From the IMG/VR virus record IMGVR_UViG_3300022751_000017, positions 1 to 64,000 of that record: DNA of 64,000 nucleotides. One strand, written 5' to 3'. The notes beneath the pieces were generated by a model. It ran no database searches. It had not been told where the DNA came from and worked only from the letters and a program-made list of their open reading frames with translations. The first letter of the stretch is position 1. The number at the start of each line of letters is the position of its first letter. This document shows, piece after piece, positions 46,844-56,770 of this stretch. The stretch is from a virus. The translations under genes and the position numbers were made by a program.

Positions 46844-47415
46844 GATACATTACAGATAGAGCTTACTCCAGGTTATTATTGTTCGCATGCTTGTTTGTAG
46901 CGGTGGTAGTTGTTTTTGCCTCATGTAAAGGAACGAAGGACTACGCTACTGCATTTGATCAACTGAAGAATAAGGCTGAAGCGAGCAAGGTTGATGATGA
47001 TCATGCCATACCGGCTGCGAAGTGCGCTGCGTGGTACCCTGTTCATACTAAGATAGTGACATTGCCGGCTCGTATAATAAAAGGTAAAAGTGACACAACG
47101 GTATTGCCGGGAGAGGTACGATATGTAGATTGCGACAGCGTTAAATCTGCTAATGGCAGTAGCAAGGTAGTTGTGAAATGTCCTCCGGCTCAAATTGTGC
47201 ATGATATAGACACTGTAGTGAAGGAGACTATAAAATTGGTAGAGAACACAGCGCGAGTGCATGAGCTTGAAGTGAAGTTGTCCAATACAGAAAAAAAATC
47301 GGAGAGTATGTACCAGTCTCTGAAAACTTATAAAAAGGTTAGTGCATGTGAGGGAATAATTCTTGCGCTCATTGGTATTTACGGGGTATACAAATTATAC
47401 AATAAAGTAGTCTAA
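46840..47415 (+). CDS. putative unimolecular spanin
   Basis: lipobox VFASC plus coiled coil plus C-terminal TM. Confidence 0.6.
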   Translation: MRYITDRAYSRLLLFACLFVAVVVVFASCKGTKDYATAFDQLKNKAEASKVDDDHAIPAAKCAAWYPVHTKIVTLPARIIKGKSDTTVLPGEVRYVDCDSVKSANGSSKVVVKCPPAQIVHDIDTVVKETIKLVENTARVHELEVKLSNTEKKSESMYQSLKTYKKVSACEGIILALIGIYGVYKLYNKVV

Positions 47416-47429
47416 AATATAAATCTAAC

Positions 47430-48077
47430 ATGAGAAAGTCATTCACGGTTCTTGCATGGCAGGATAGCGCTGGTACATTTTTCCCTGCGGGTGCTCAGCG
47501 GACTATTAGCTGCGATCATATTAATGAGGGTAATTACGGATTGGCACTAAATGGGCAGATAACCAAATTGCCTACAAGTACGGTACCAATAGGGTTTACA
47601 GGCACTGACTTTCAGCACCAGGTGGCAAGCATACACCCAGGCACTTTACTAAGCGATCCTACAGCGTATACAAATTCCAGCTTTAAGGTTGTTACGAGGG
47701 TGAAAGACTTGTCCAATAACAATGTTACGTATGTCGATGCAGCTGACTACCTGGCTAAATTTGGTGATTGCAATAAATGCTGCACACCGATCAACTGCAC
47801 ACCGATATTGAATGTGCGTACTACAGCATTGGGTACAACTACCGCGACTGTTGCATGGGATGCGTCAAGCCAGGCTACAGTGTATGAATATGTGAATGTC
47901 ATAAGGTCTGGCTCATGTGTTACGCCAGCCGGCACCGGCACTATAACCACGGCCACGAGTGTGTCATTTACCGGACTTACAGGCGGGTCGGTTTATTGTT
48001 TTGCGGTAAGGCAGCGATGCAGCGCCACAAATTTTAGTGCATGGACATTGTTCCAATATACCACTGTAGCGCCTTAA
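47430..48077 (+). CDS. virion decoration-like protein with FN3 domain
   Basis: TTATVAWD..YEY..FTGLTGGSVYCFAVRQRC..FSAW. Confidence 0.7.
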   Translation: MRKSFTVLAWQDSAGTFFPAGAQRTISCDHINEGNYGLALNGQITKLPTSTVPIGFTGTDFQHQVASIHPGTLLSDPTAYTNSSFKVVTRVKDLSNNNVTYVDAADYLAKFGDCNKCCTPINCTPILNVRTTALGTTTATVAWDASSQATVYEYVNVIRSGSCVTPAGTGTITTATSVSFTGLTGGSVYCFAVRQRCSATNFSAWTLFQYTTVAP

Positions 48078-48086
48078 AATATTAAT

Positions 48087-48593
48087 ATGGCGACTTCAAT
48101 AGGTTATTTAAAGGGTATGCTTCTGGATACGGATATTAAGGCCGTACTAAGAACCATCAGGCGCGGCGAAGGTACCATAGCGCCTGATGGTTACAGTTAT
48201 TTATTCGGCAGCTCGCCAAAAAATAACAGGCGCTTTACTGATTTTTCTACGCACCCCAATCAACGCTTTACCTTCACCATAAACGGTGTTACAAATATCA
48301 CAAGCGCTGCCGGAGCCTACCAGATATTAAAGAAGACATTTGATACCCTTTGCTTCAAATATGGGTTTAAAGACTTCACGCCGCAGACGCAGGATTTGAT
48401 GGCATTGGCTCTTTTCGATACCCGTGGATGCCTCAAGGCTGTAGCAGATGGAAATTTCTTCGACCCTGAAATAATGGACCGGTTGAACAATGAATGGGCC
48501 AGTCTTCCGATGGCCGGATACGGACAGCCTGAAAAGAGCATGGACCAGGTAAAGAGGTGGTACATTATGGAAGGTGGAATTATAGCTAAATAA
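48087..48593 (+). CDS. endolysin, lambda R-type lytic transglycosylase (GH104)
   Basis: IRRGEGT, FTDFSTHP, SAAGAYQIL, DFTPQTQD, EWASLPMAGYGQ. Confidence 0.92.
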   Translation: MATSIGYLKGMLLDTDIKAVLRTIRRGEGTIAPDGYSYLFGSSPKNNRRFTDFSTHPNQRFTFTINGVTNITSAAGAYQILKKTFDTLCFKYGFKDFTPQTQDLMALALFDTRGCLKAVADGNFFDPEIMDRLNNEWASLPMAGYGQPEKSMDQVKRWYIMEGGIIAK

Positions 48594-48602
48594 AAATAGA
48601 GC

Positions 48603-51248
48603 ATGTTCTTATTAAGGGAATGGATTGAGACCAACGAGGGTGAAAAAAATATTGAGTGGGCTAACCGTATCATCTCATTTGTGCGGATGTATATGTCGCC
48701 ATTGGTCAATCTTGATTCTGCTGAGATGGGTATGAACTACCTGCTCGGGCGCCAGGATATGTCTCCTATACGCAACCTGTTCCAGAATCCTATAGCCCTT
48801 AATCTGAACAACACCACATACGGTAATACAGGATACGGTAGAGTGTTTGGCCCCAATGGGCAGCCGGTAAAGCCCGAAGAGCGCAATCTGCATCCTGAGA
48901 TGTTAGGTGTTGAATTCCGCTCATTACCTGTAATGGAAAAGCTGAGGAACATGCTGGTGGCGGAGATGAAAAAAATGGGGGTAGTGCTCACCGTGAAAAG
49001 CGATGACCCTACCGCTACCATCAACAGGAAAAAGGACGAGGCGTTCATTAAGGACAGGCACAATATAGAAGGGCTTTTAAATTATATTTATACCTCCATA
49101 GGCGAAGCCCCGTTCAAGATAGAAGAGCACGAGGCAAGGTTCGGGGAGAAGCCAGACAATGGCAACACTCAGGATTTTCAGCGTATGAGTCTAAATCCTG
49201 GGAATCCATCTGATGTGGATTTCTTTATGCGTAATTTCCATAAGCTGGATGCGGAAATGGCGGCGGAGAATCCTATTAATTACTTCATGAGATTTAATGA
49301 GGTAGAGGATATATTCTTTGAAAACTGGACTACAGACCTGGTGGCAAAAAAAGCTATTGCCGGGCAGCAGTACGTAAGTAAGCTAAATGGAGCAATAAAG
49401 TTTGATTATCTCACTCCGGAGACAACGTACATATACGGTGGTGGGAGGAGAAAGGATTTTGATGATGCAAATGCCAAGGCATACCAGCAGAATATTACCA
49501 TAAAAGATCTACTTGACAGGATAGGTGATGAATTCGATTTTAATAAAGAGCTTAATCTGCTTTTTCAGGCAGTTTATACCTGCAGCCAAGGATCAATTGA
49601 TATTACCGGTATAGGTACAGACGCCCGTAATGGATGGTTTTGTTCAGCGCGCACAGGCACTAAGTACTCCTACCGGGATTTTATGGACTTTAAGGTGTCT
49701 TTCGGATACATGGAGTGGATCAGCGCAAATGAGACAGATTATGGTGCTGAAGCAAACCTAACAGGTGACAGAAAGTTCGATGAGGACAAGAGCACATTTT
49801 CTTATGGTGGGTCTGGAGGGGAAGAGTCTCCTGAAAAAAGGTACGCAAAAAAAGCGCGCTACGAGGTGCCTACATACAAGGCCTACTATCTTGTTCTTAG
49901 TTCTTATGAGCAGCGGATATTTGATTTTGGCAAAGTAACTTACCAGCAGATAGAAGGGTACAATGACTTTAACTCAAACTGGACCATACTCACTTACAAA
50001 GAGATAGGAGATAGTATTGCTATCAACTGCGCCCCTTTTGTAGACATCATCAATGAGTGCTGGTATAAATGGAAGTACGAGGTTCGCAAGGCAAAGCCCA
50101 GGGGGACTGATTACAACTATGACAGCCTTCTGGATATTGCTGAGGATACCTTTTCTGATACCAACATGACCCAGGCAGATAAGATACAGAAGATGGTGTC
50201 TTGGCTAGATGCATCTGCCAATGGTATGTGGAAATTTCCGCAGATAGATGGGAAGATAGTAGCTATGTCCAACAATGCGCTGAATATAGATAAGCCAAAC
50301 GGACTGACTGCAGAGATCATGCGCTGGTGGGAAATGCTCATCAAGTCATGGGAGCAGATGCTATCGGTAGTAGGCCTTGATGCGCCCCTAAGGCAGGGTG
50401 ATCCCGGCAATGCAAGGGATAGTATGAATAATCAGTTCAAGGCTCTGGAATATAGCCAGAACAATACTTATTATATCCCGGACAGCCTTACGTATATGGC
50501 GCAGAAGCTGGCTACGCGTACTATGCTGCAGGTTCAAGACATTATTCAGTTCAAAGATCATGATACCCTGGCATTTAAATTCCTTGCGGATGCTGTTGGA
50601 GAGGATTGTCTTGCCAGGATATCGCAGCTAGGCAAGAAGGCCATGCACCGGTATGGTATATTCGTGGAGAGCCTTAACCAGGCGCCACAGAAGGCTAAGC
50701 TGGATGCGAGAATAGATGCCGCAATACAGAATGGTAAGATCAGCAATGCGGAAGCGCTAATGCTGGATGAAATAAAAAGCCTCAAGAGCAAGGCGCTAAT
50801 GCTGGCCTATTTTGAGCAGCGCAATGCATCTCTTGTGCAGAAGAACGCTATGGAAATGCAGCAAGCCCAGGCGCAGCAAGCCCAGGCGCAGCTTCAGGGT
50901 GAAAAGGAAAACATTTTGCTCAAGGGCAACCTTGAGATTGAGAAGGCAAAGGTTGAAGGTAGCTTCGCGCTGCAAGGGCACATGATCACACAGCAAGGCG
51001 GCATGGCTAAGCAGGAGATGAAGCATAGTGCAGATAGCAGGCAGATATACGAACAGGCTCAAGCCAATGTGATGGAGCAGCAACAGAGCCTTAATGATAC
51101 CGGCAAGACTACACCGCCGGCGCAATCCGCAATAGTGCCTACGCCATACAGCAACCCTATTAACCAGATACCGCATCAGTCCGGCATCCAGCAGTCGATG
51201 GCTGATTCCCAGCCGATGAGTACTGAACAGGCTGCGATGATTCCATAA
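48603..51248 (+). CDS. portal protein
   Basis: 881 aa, helical, Q-rich coiled C-terminus, upstream of scaffold and capsid; size typical of crAss-like portals. Confidence 0.7.
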   Translation: MFLLREWIETNEGEKNIEWANRIISFVRMYMSPLVNLDSAEMGMNYLLGRQDMSPIRNLFQNPIALNLNNTTYGNTGYGRVFGPNGQPVKPEERNLHPEMLGVEFRSLPVMEKLRNMLVAEMKKMGVVLTVKSDDPTATINRKKDEAFIKDRHNIEGLLNYIYTSIGEAPFKIEEHEARFGEKPDNGNTQDFQRMSLNPGNPSDVDFFMRNFHKLDAEMAAENPINYFMRFNEVEDIFFENWTTDLVAKKAIAGQQYVSKLNGAIKFDYLTPETTYIYGGGRRKDFDDANAKAYQQNITIKDLLDRIGDEFDFNKELNLLFQAVYTCSQGSIDITGIGTDARNGWFCSARTGTKYSYRDFMDFKVSFGYMEWISANETDYGAEANLTGDRKFDEDKSTFSYGGSGGEESPEKRYAKKARYEVPTYKAYYLVLSSYEQRIFDFGKVTYQQIEGYNDFNSNWTILTYKEIGDSIAINCAPFVDIINECWYKWKYEVRKAKPRGTDYNYDSLLDIAEDTFSDTNMTQADKIQKMVSWLDASANGMWKFPQIDGKIVAMSNNALNIDKPNGLTAEIMRWWEMLIKSWEQMLSVVGLDAPLRQGDPGNARDSMNNQFKALEYSQNNTYYIPDSLTYMAQKLATRTMLQVQDIIQFKDHDTLAFKFLADAVGEDCLARISQLGKKAMHRYGIFVESLNQAPQKAKLDARIDAAIQNGKISNAEALMLDEIKSLKSKALMLAYFEQRNASLVQKNAMEMQQAQAQQAQAQLQGEKENILLKGNLEIEKAKVEGSFALQGHMITQQGGMAKQEMKHSADSRQIYEQAQANVMEQQQSLNDTGKTTPPAQSAIVPTPYSNPINQIPHQSGIQQSMADSQPMSTEQAAMIP

Positions 51249-51291
51249 ATAAAAGTGCCCTCAATATTGAGGGCACTTTTATTTATGGAAT
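51240..51291. repeat. 52-bp perfect palindrome / bidirectional terminator
   Basis: ATTCCATAAATAAAAGTGCCCTCAAT|ATTGAGGGCACTTTTATTTATGGAAT. Confidence 0.85.
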
Positions 51292-51572
51292 TTCCTGACC
51301 GTTTTCTTTTCAGGGACATGTGCCCTGCTTATATCACGGAGAGCCCTGCTTGATTTATTTTTCCTATAGTCTATATAGTTTCTATTGTTGCTGCAACCTT
51401 TATTCAGATTGCATGAATGGCATAGCGTCTGCAGGTTTGTATAGTAATTGGTGCCTCCTTTTGACAAGGGTATTATGTGGTCTATAGTAAGATTGAATCT
51501 GGCGTTGCAAAGCAGACACATGTTATTATCTCTCTTGAAAATTGCCTCTCTTACTGCTTTGCGTATGGGCAT
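51279..51572 (-). CDS. HNH endonuclease
   Basis: RDNNMCLLC..LTIDHIIPLSKGG..NLQTLCHSCN. Confidence 0.92.
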   Translation of the reverse strand: MPIRKAVREAIFKRDNNMCLLCNARFNLTIDHIIPLSKGGTNYYTNLQTLCHSCNLNKGCSNNRNYIDYRKNKSSRALRDISRAHVPEKKTVRKFHK

Positions 51573-51576
51573 AGCG

Positions 51577-51879
51577 TTAGTCTATTTTTTTACCTTTGAT
51601 AGCTAAGGATATGAGTGCAGAGAAGGATATGCCGGTATCGTATGATTTACAAAGTATCTTATCGGATACGAATTTAGGGATATCAATTTCGTGAGACTTT
51701 TCTATCTTATCTATGGCTATACCATGGCATGGGGCACACTTGGATACAGACCCGTACTCTTTCATTATCTTATGGTGAATGTACATGCCAATAGATATCT
51801 TCATTTCGGCAGCTTCTGCATAGAAAATGGCCCATTCTGCCTCTGTATACCGGAGCCTGAGTTTAAAACTATTATTCAT
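51577..51879 (-). CDS. tandem ribbon-helix-helix regulator
   Basis: LRLRYTEAEWAIFYAEAAEMKISIGMYI and IDIPKFVSDKI..TGISFSALI. Confidence 0.6.
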   Translation of the reverse strand: MNNSFKLRLRYTEAEWAIFYAEAAEMKISIGMYIHHKIMKEYGSVSKCAPCHGIAIDKIEKSHEIDIPKFVSDKILCKSYDTGISFSALISLAIKGKKID

Positions 51880-51894
51880 TAAGGAAGTTGTGAG

Positions 51895-51915
51895 TTACCT
51901 GCAAAGTGCAGGTAA
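51895..51915. promoter_or_regulatory. operator copy 3 TTACCTGCA-AAG-TGCAGGTAA
   Basis: between the divergent RHH and scaffold genes; core ends 40 nt before TACTTTTG (51954-51961). Confidence 0.75.
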
Positions 51916-51977
51916 AGCTATGCAAATTCATTCTTATTACCAATAGTGGTTTATACTTTTGATATGAATTATATTTT

Positions 51978-53027
51978 ATGGCAGTCACAGACACGAACAC
52001 ACAACCAGGTCAGGCGGCGGAACAGGTAAATGCACCAGCAGTAGATAACACTACAGTTGTTGCAGATACTGCTATTCCAGCCCAGGAACCTGCGGATGCT
52101 GAAAAGCCGAAGATTGATATTGACGCAATAGATGAGGATACTCAGCTGCGCCTTATCAATAAAGCGCTTGGCTCAAATTATAAAACTCTGGATGAGGCTA
52201 AGCCGAAGGCTGTAAGGTCCCCGGAAGATATAGCTGCAGAGAAAGAAGCTAAGAAACAAAAAGCGCTGGAGTGGGCTCTAGGTACCGGCAAGACAAAGAA
52301 GGATGAATATGAGAGAGCAATCATAGAGCGCTCTAAGAATACCCGGGATATTGCCATGGCGTTATTTGCAGAGCAGGAGCGCGCAGAAAATCCAAAGATC
52401 AGTGAAGAAGAGATCGCGGCGCAATTTTCTGATGAATACCATGAAGACCTGGATATTGACTCTCCTCTCCGTAAGCGTGCTCTGGCAAGAATGGATAAAG
52501 TTGCAAAAAGTTACCTCGCAGAAATCACCGGTCCTATTGATAACATAGAAGCTGAATACGACAACTACATTTCAGATACAGAGAAGTACACCGGCTACCA
52601 GAAGCAGATAAAGAATGTCGCAAGTGCATTGCCCAAGGAGTTAGTGGTTTCAATACCATACACAGGGGCGGATGGCACCGAGACAACATTGGAATATAAA
52701 GTCCCGGTTGAAGATAATGTGATGACTGCAGTGCGCAAAGAGTTCCTGGACGCCAATACATACCTGGCTATTTCCGGGTCTGGCAGAGAGATAAAGGATG
52801 CTGACATTGCCAACGAAATGACCGCGGCTATCGAAAACCGGATATTGCGCAAGGCGATACCTAAGATGCTGGCCGATCATGGCGAAAAGGTTGCCAAAGA
52901 CTTCGAAGCGCATCTTAAGGCTATACCAAATACAGGGAATAACCTCGGATTTGGGAATACCGCACGCCCCGGGGAGGCAAAAAAGCCACCTGAATATACA
53001 GCACTCCGCGCGCATCAGAAATACTAA
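51978..53027 (+). CDS. putative capsid scaffolding protein
   Basis: acidic, helical, immediately before the capsid gene. Confidence 0.6.
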   Translation: MAVTDTNTQPGQAAEQVNAPAVDNTTVVADTAIPAQEPADAEKPKIDIDAIDEDTQLRLINKALGSNYKTLDEAKPKAVRSPEDIAAEKEAKKQKALEWALGTGKTKKDEYERAIIERSKNTRDIAMALFAEQERAENPKISEEEIAAQFSDEYHEDLDIDSPLRKRALARMDKVAKSYLAEITGPIDNIEAEYDNYISDTEKYTGYQKQIKNVASALPKELVVSIPYTGADGTETTLEYKVPVEDNVMTAVRKEFLDANTYLAISGSGREIKDADIANEMTAAIENRILRKAIPKMLADHGEKVAKDFEAHLKAIPNTGNNLGFGNTARPGEAKKPPEYTALRAHQKY

Positions 53028-53075
53028 AAAATAACACCCATAAAATAATACAATAACTAAAACAATTTAAAAACG

Positions 53076-54650
53076 ATGATAACCTACGCTTTAACTCCCC
53101 AGCATGCTCCACGTCAGATATTTTCCGTTGGTGAGGCACAGACTCAGTTCCAGCCGTTCTCAGATGTCTACAGGCAACTGTGGGATTTCGTGGAAGATGG
53201 CGGATTAGATGCCTTCGGGATAAACAAGGAAGACCTGGCGCGTTGGCGTAAAAACTTCCGTGAGGGAGTGGTGAACATTGGTGGTAAGCCATCAGAGATA
53301 GACTTCTTCCGTATGATGATGGGTGGCACTCCTAAGGAGACAAACGCCTCTTCAATCAGCGTAGAGTATAACAGTGCGTTGGACTACAACATATACGCAG
53401 AGAATGATGCTACCGGCACCAACGGCGCTGTCACCAATGCATACTTTGGAGACCTGATAAACGGCACTTACAATGGTAACTACGTGGTGTTCGACATTGC
53501 GGTTGATACTTATGCAGATAACGGTACCAAGTCCAATATAAATGTTGGCGACCAGATATTCAACTACATAGATGGTAAGTATCTGGTGGTGATCAAGAAG
53601 GATGTAACCACTCCTTTTGCGCACCATATCTACTGCGCACCTTTCGATGGTAACTATACGCCTCAGATATATGCGAAGCAGCCAATGCAGCCCAACCATA
53701 TACAGCTGGTGTCTGGTTATAGCGATGCTACTACATCTGCGCCGCACAGTGAGTGGGAAACCCTCGGTTACATCAAGGAGTATAACCCATTCTCTCTTCG
53801 TACAGACTGGGAAACACCGCGTAACCTGGAGAAGCCATACAAGGATATTCTGCAGTTCCCGATCATATTCGATATGCATACCGGTGCAGAGATGGACTCA
53901 TGGGACTTCAAAGCGATGGCTGATGGCCGCGAGCGTATGATCATGGGTGAGAACATGATGTTCTTCACAGGTGAGCAGCTGACCAATGTAAGCCTGATAT
54001 CAAATACATATACAAACCAGTATAACGGTTTTGAAGGGCTTCTGACCACCATCTGGTATGGCGGCGGCAATATACAGCAGTATGACAATAGCTATGGTTA
54101 CGACCTGGATGTTGACTTCATGCAGATGGTATTCTCAAACGATGCACTGAAGAAATCTCAGGAGTTCCTGTTCCTGGCCGCAAAGCGCTGGATATACATG
54201 ATGGAGCGCCGTAGCCAGGATATGTTTAAGAATAACTCAGGGGCATGCACTTTTGATACGTTTGAGCGTATGGGTGATGAGCGTGCCGATCTGAAGCGCC
54301 TGGGCATCAACTCATACGAGTGGAGAGGTTCAACAATGCATATCAAGGAAGTCGGTGCATGGTCTGACAGCCGCTGGGTAGGTAATGCTTATTTCCCCGC
54401 TATGGCTATAGTTCTGCCAGGCGATGGTCTTACAGACAGCAAGGGCAATAAAGTATCTCCGGTTGAGTACTGGATACCAGCAGGCCGTAGAGTGTCTGGA
54501 ACATGGCAGGAAGAGTGGAGAGACCACATGAAGCTTTCAGATAAGGCTGATAAGTTCTCAGGTACCATTACTCATGACATTATGATGAGCGTGAACGGAG
54601 TGGAAAATATGTGGGCAGTGATGCCGAAATACATTGTGAGCAATTCTTAA
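53076..54650 (+). CDS. major capsid protein
   Basis: 524 aa; ENMMFFTGE...FEGLLTTIWYGG spine-helix/P-domain pattern; position; strong 3' hairpin. Confidence 0.75.
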   Translation: MITYALTPQHAPRQIFSVGEAQTQFQPFSDVYRQLWDFVEDGGLDAFGINKEDLARWRKNFREGVVNIGGKPSEIDFFRMMMGGTPKETNASSISVEYNSALDYNIYAENDATGTNGAVTNAYFGDLINGTYNGNYVVFDIAVDTYADNGTKSNINVGDQIFNYIDGKYLVVIKKDVTTPFAHHIYCAPFDGNYTPQIYAKQPMQPNHIQLVSGYSDATTSAPHSEWETLGYIKEYNPFSLRTDWETPRNLEKPYKDILQFPIIFDMHTGAEMDSWDFKAMADGRERMIMGENMMFFTGEQLTNVSLISNTYTNQYNGFEGLLTTIWYGGGNIQQYDNSYGYDLDVDFMQMVFSNDALKKSQEFLFLAAKRWIYMMERRSQDMFKNNSGACTFDTFERMGDERADLKRLGINSYEWRGSTMHIKEVGAWSDSRWVGNAYFPAMAIVLPGDGLTDSKGNKVSPVEYWIPAGRRVSGTWQEEWRDHMKLSDKADKFSGTITHDIMMSVNGVENMWAVMPKYIVSNS

Positions 54651-54665
54651 GCTCACAATGTATTT
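54627..54665 (+). terminator. 15-bp stem-loop over the capsid stop codon
   Basis: AAATACATTGTGAGC/GCTCACAATGTATTT. Confidence 0.65.
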
Positions 54666-54706
54666 ATATAAATCAGTAAAAAATCACACAACAAAAATAA
54701 AAAATC

Positions 54707-55717
54707 ATGAGTACTACAACATTGCCAAGGGAAGTCGCAGAAGTAGCTAATATTCATCAGAACATGGTGTTTGAAATGATCAGCCGGTCAACATCCGGAT
54801 TTATCCGCAAGGATGACGTAGGCAAAGTCAATCCGCGCAAAATGAATTCAGCGAAGCGCTTCGACCTCCCGGTTACATCAAGGCACCATATAGGTAAGGG
54901 TAAGGGGTATATTAAAACACAGTATGTTCCTGGCGCCGATACTATATATGTGGATGATTATGTAGATGCAGATGGTAAAATACAGTCCGGACTTAAAAAG
55001 CAGGGGATAAATCTGGAACTGGAGCGTGAGCGTGCAATACAGATGAATATCCATTTTAAGTTCGGCATACTTGATCTCAGGCAATATGGAGAAGATCCAA
55101 TGCTGGTAGAGTTCGTGAATAAACATGAGATGAATGCGGAATCTGCAGCCGGCAAAAACCCTGACCGTACCGTAAGCCGCATGTTCCAGTTCCAGCCAAT
55201 GCGTAAAGAGGAGAAGGCTGCTAAGCGCACTGTAGGCTTTGAAGAGCAGTATGAGGCGATGTCAATTATAAAAGCACTTCGTACAAAGACGGCGGCTGGA
55301 TTTGAATATGACGTAGCACAGGTTGATGCGATCATTAATGTGCTGGGCCTTAAGACAGCCGATCTCGGTGACAGCGACACTGCGCAGAAGTTTGAGATAA
55401 TACTCAAGGCCGCATCTCAGGATGGCATTGAGTTCCTTAAGATAGTGAATGATGCACTGAACAGTACGCGCTTGACAATAGCAAAGGCATTGGGTATGGG
55501 TATCGTTAAGATAAGCAGCAAAGGAGCTGATATAAAGGCTGGTGAAGGTGCGCAGACTAGGGAGGTTTTAAAATTCAAAAACGGAATGGATGAATCTGCG
55601 CGCATGCAGGCGCTCGCTATTCATTTGCTTGGCGGAAGCCCACAGGCGCAAAACGATCTTAATACCATCATCAGCGAGGTAGAGATCGGAGAGATAAGTG
55701 CGCTCTCAAAGAAGTAA
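54707..55717 (+). CDS. conserved capsid-adjacent protein
   Basis: 336 aa; YVPGADTIYVDD, IHFKFGIL, FVNKHEMN. Confidence 0.6.
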   Translation: MSTTTLPREVAEVANIHQNMVFEMISRSTSGFIRKDDVGKVNPRKMNSAKRFDLPVTSRHHIGKGKGYIKTQYVPGADTIYVDDYVDADGKIQSGLKKQGINLELERERAIQMNIHFKFGILDLRQYGEDPMLVEFVNKHEMNAESAAGKNPDRTVSRMFQFQPMRKEEKAAKRTVGFEEQYEAMSIIKALRTKTAAGFEYDVAQVDAIINVLGLKTADLGDSDTAQKFEIILKAASQDGIEFLKIVNDALNSTRLTIAKALGMGIVKISSKGADIKAGEGAQTREVLKFKNGMDESARMQALAIHLLGGSPQAQNDLNTIISEVEIGEISALSKK

Positions 55718-55752
55718 TACAATAAAATAAAAAAACATAATAATATTATACC

Positions 55753-56694
55753 ATGTCCATCCAATTAGTTCAATCAAATCAGCTAGCTGAAGTTAACGGA
55801 GAGACCTTCGTTAACAGCTTTTATCCTAACGGGCTACAGAAAGCAATCCCATGTCGCAGCCAGGTAGTCGGGGCGTACTGGAAAATACCGGTAACACTTG
55901 GTAACCGAGTGGTGAGCTATAATGAACTGGTGGCTACCGATGCTACGAAGCCAGTGCCTGATGCCTTCAAGATACTGCGTCTTAAAGATGCTCTGGATGC
56001 AAATACCGAGTATGGTATCGTAATTGCGGATGCAGATGCCGTAACTACTAACTCATTTGTGGACAACTGTAACGGCTGCTGCGGCGCTACACCTGTGATG
56101 GCTACGGTGACAATCCCTCAGCCAATACAGGAAAGTGATCCACAGACTGCCATTGCTGGTGTGAACTCATTCATTTTTGCCTTCCCGCAAAATCCAAACA
56201 GCCTCCTGTTCTCTATACCATTCCCATGGTTCAATGGTGCCGGCCCTGTATCTCCTTATGCGCCAACTGGCATCACTACTGCTGCGCAGTTTGTTACCTG
56301 GGCGAATACTAACTGGGAAGAATATGGTACCTGGTCAAGCCCTGCAGCTAATGTAGTGAAGCTTGTGTCCACTCCGAGTGCGGCTATATATGTCCTCAGG
56401 TCTGGTATGCAGGTAGCATTGACTCCGGCCAATTTCTGTTTTACACTGACGTCATTCTCTACACCCGCAGCAATTAACGGAGTGGGATTTGGTGCTGGTC
56501 TGCCTCAGAAGTTCCCATCATTTGCGCTGACCAATGCGAATCAGGCAACTCTTATACAGCGCTTGAAGCCACTTATGCCCGGTGCTACATTTACCATTAC
56601 GACAAATCACCTGCAGATAGCAACAGTTCAGGCGCAGCCCAAACTGTATAACAATGCGAGCGTGATAGCAACGGCAGCCACCGGTGTTTGCTAA
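55753..56694 (+). CDS. putative capsid decoration/auxiliary protein
   Basis: 313 aa, beta-rich, CNGCC; followed by a terminator. Confidence 0.55.
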   Translation: MSIQLVQSNQLAEVNGETFVNSFYPNGLQKAIPCRSQVVGAYWKIPVTLGNRVVSYNELVATDATKPVPDAFKILRLKDALDANTEYGIVIADADAVTTNSFVDNCNGCCGATPVMATVTIPQPIQESDPQTAIAGVNSFIFAFPQNPNSLLFSIPFPWFNGAGPVSPYAPTGITTAAQFVTWANTNWEEYGTWSSPAANVVKLVSTPSAAIYVLRSGMQVALTPANFCFTLTSFSTPAAINGVGFGAGLPQKFPSFALTNANQATLIQRLKPLMPGATFTITTNHLQIATVQAQPKLYNNASVIATAATGVC

Positions 56695-56728
56695 TAATAT
56701 ACAAGCTAATAAAAATAATTAACCCAAT

Positions 56729-56757
56729 AAAGGGATACCTTAAACGGGTATCCCTTT
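56729..56757 (+). terminator. terminator hairpin
   Basis: AAAGGGATACC/GGTATCCCTTT. Confidence 0.7.
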
Positions 56758-56770
56758 AATAATTTATACA

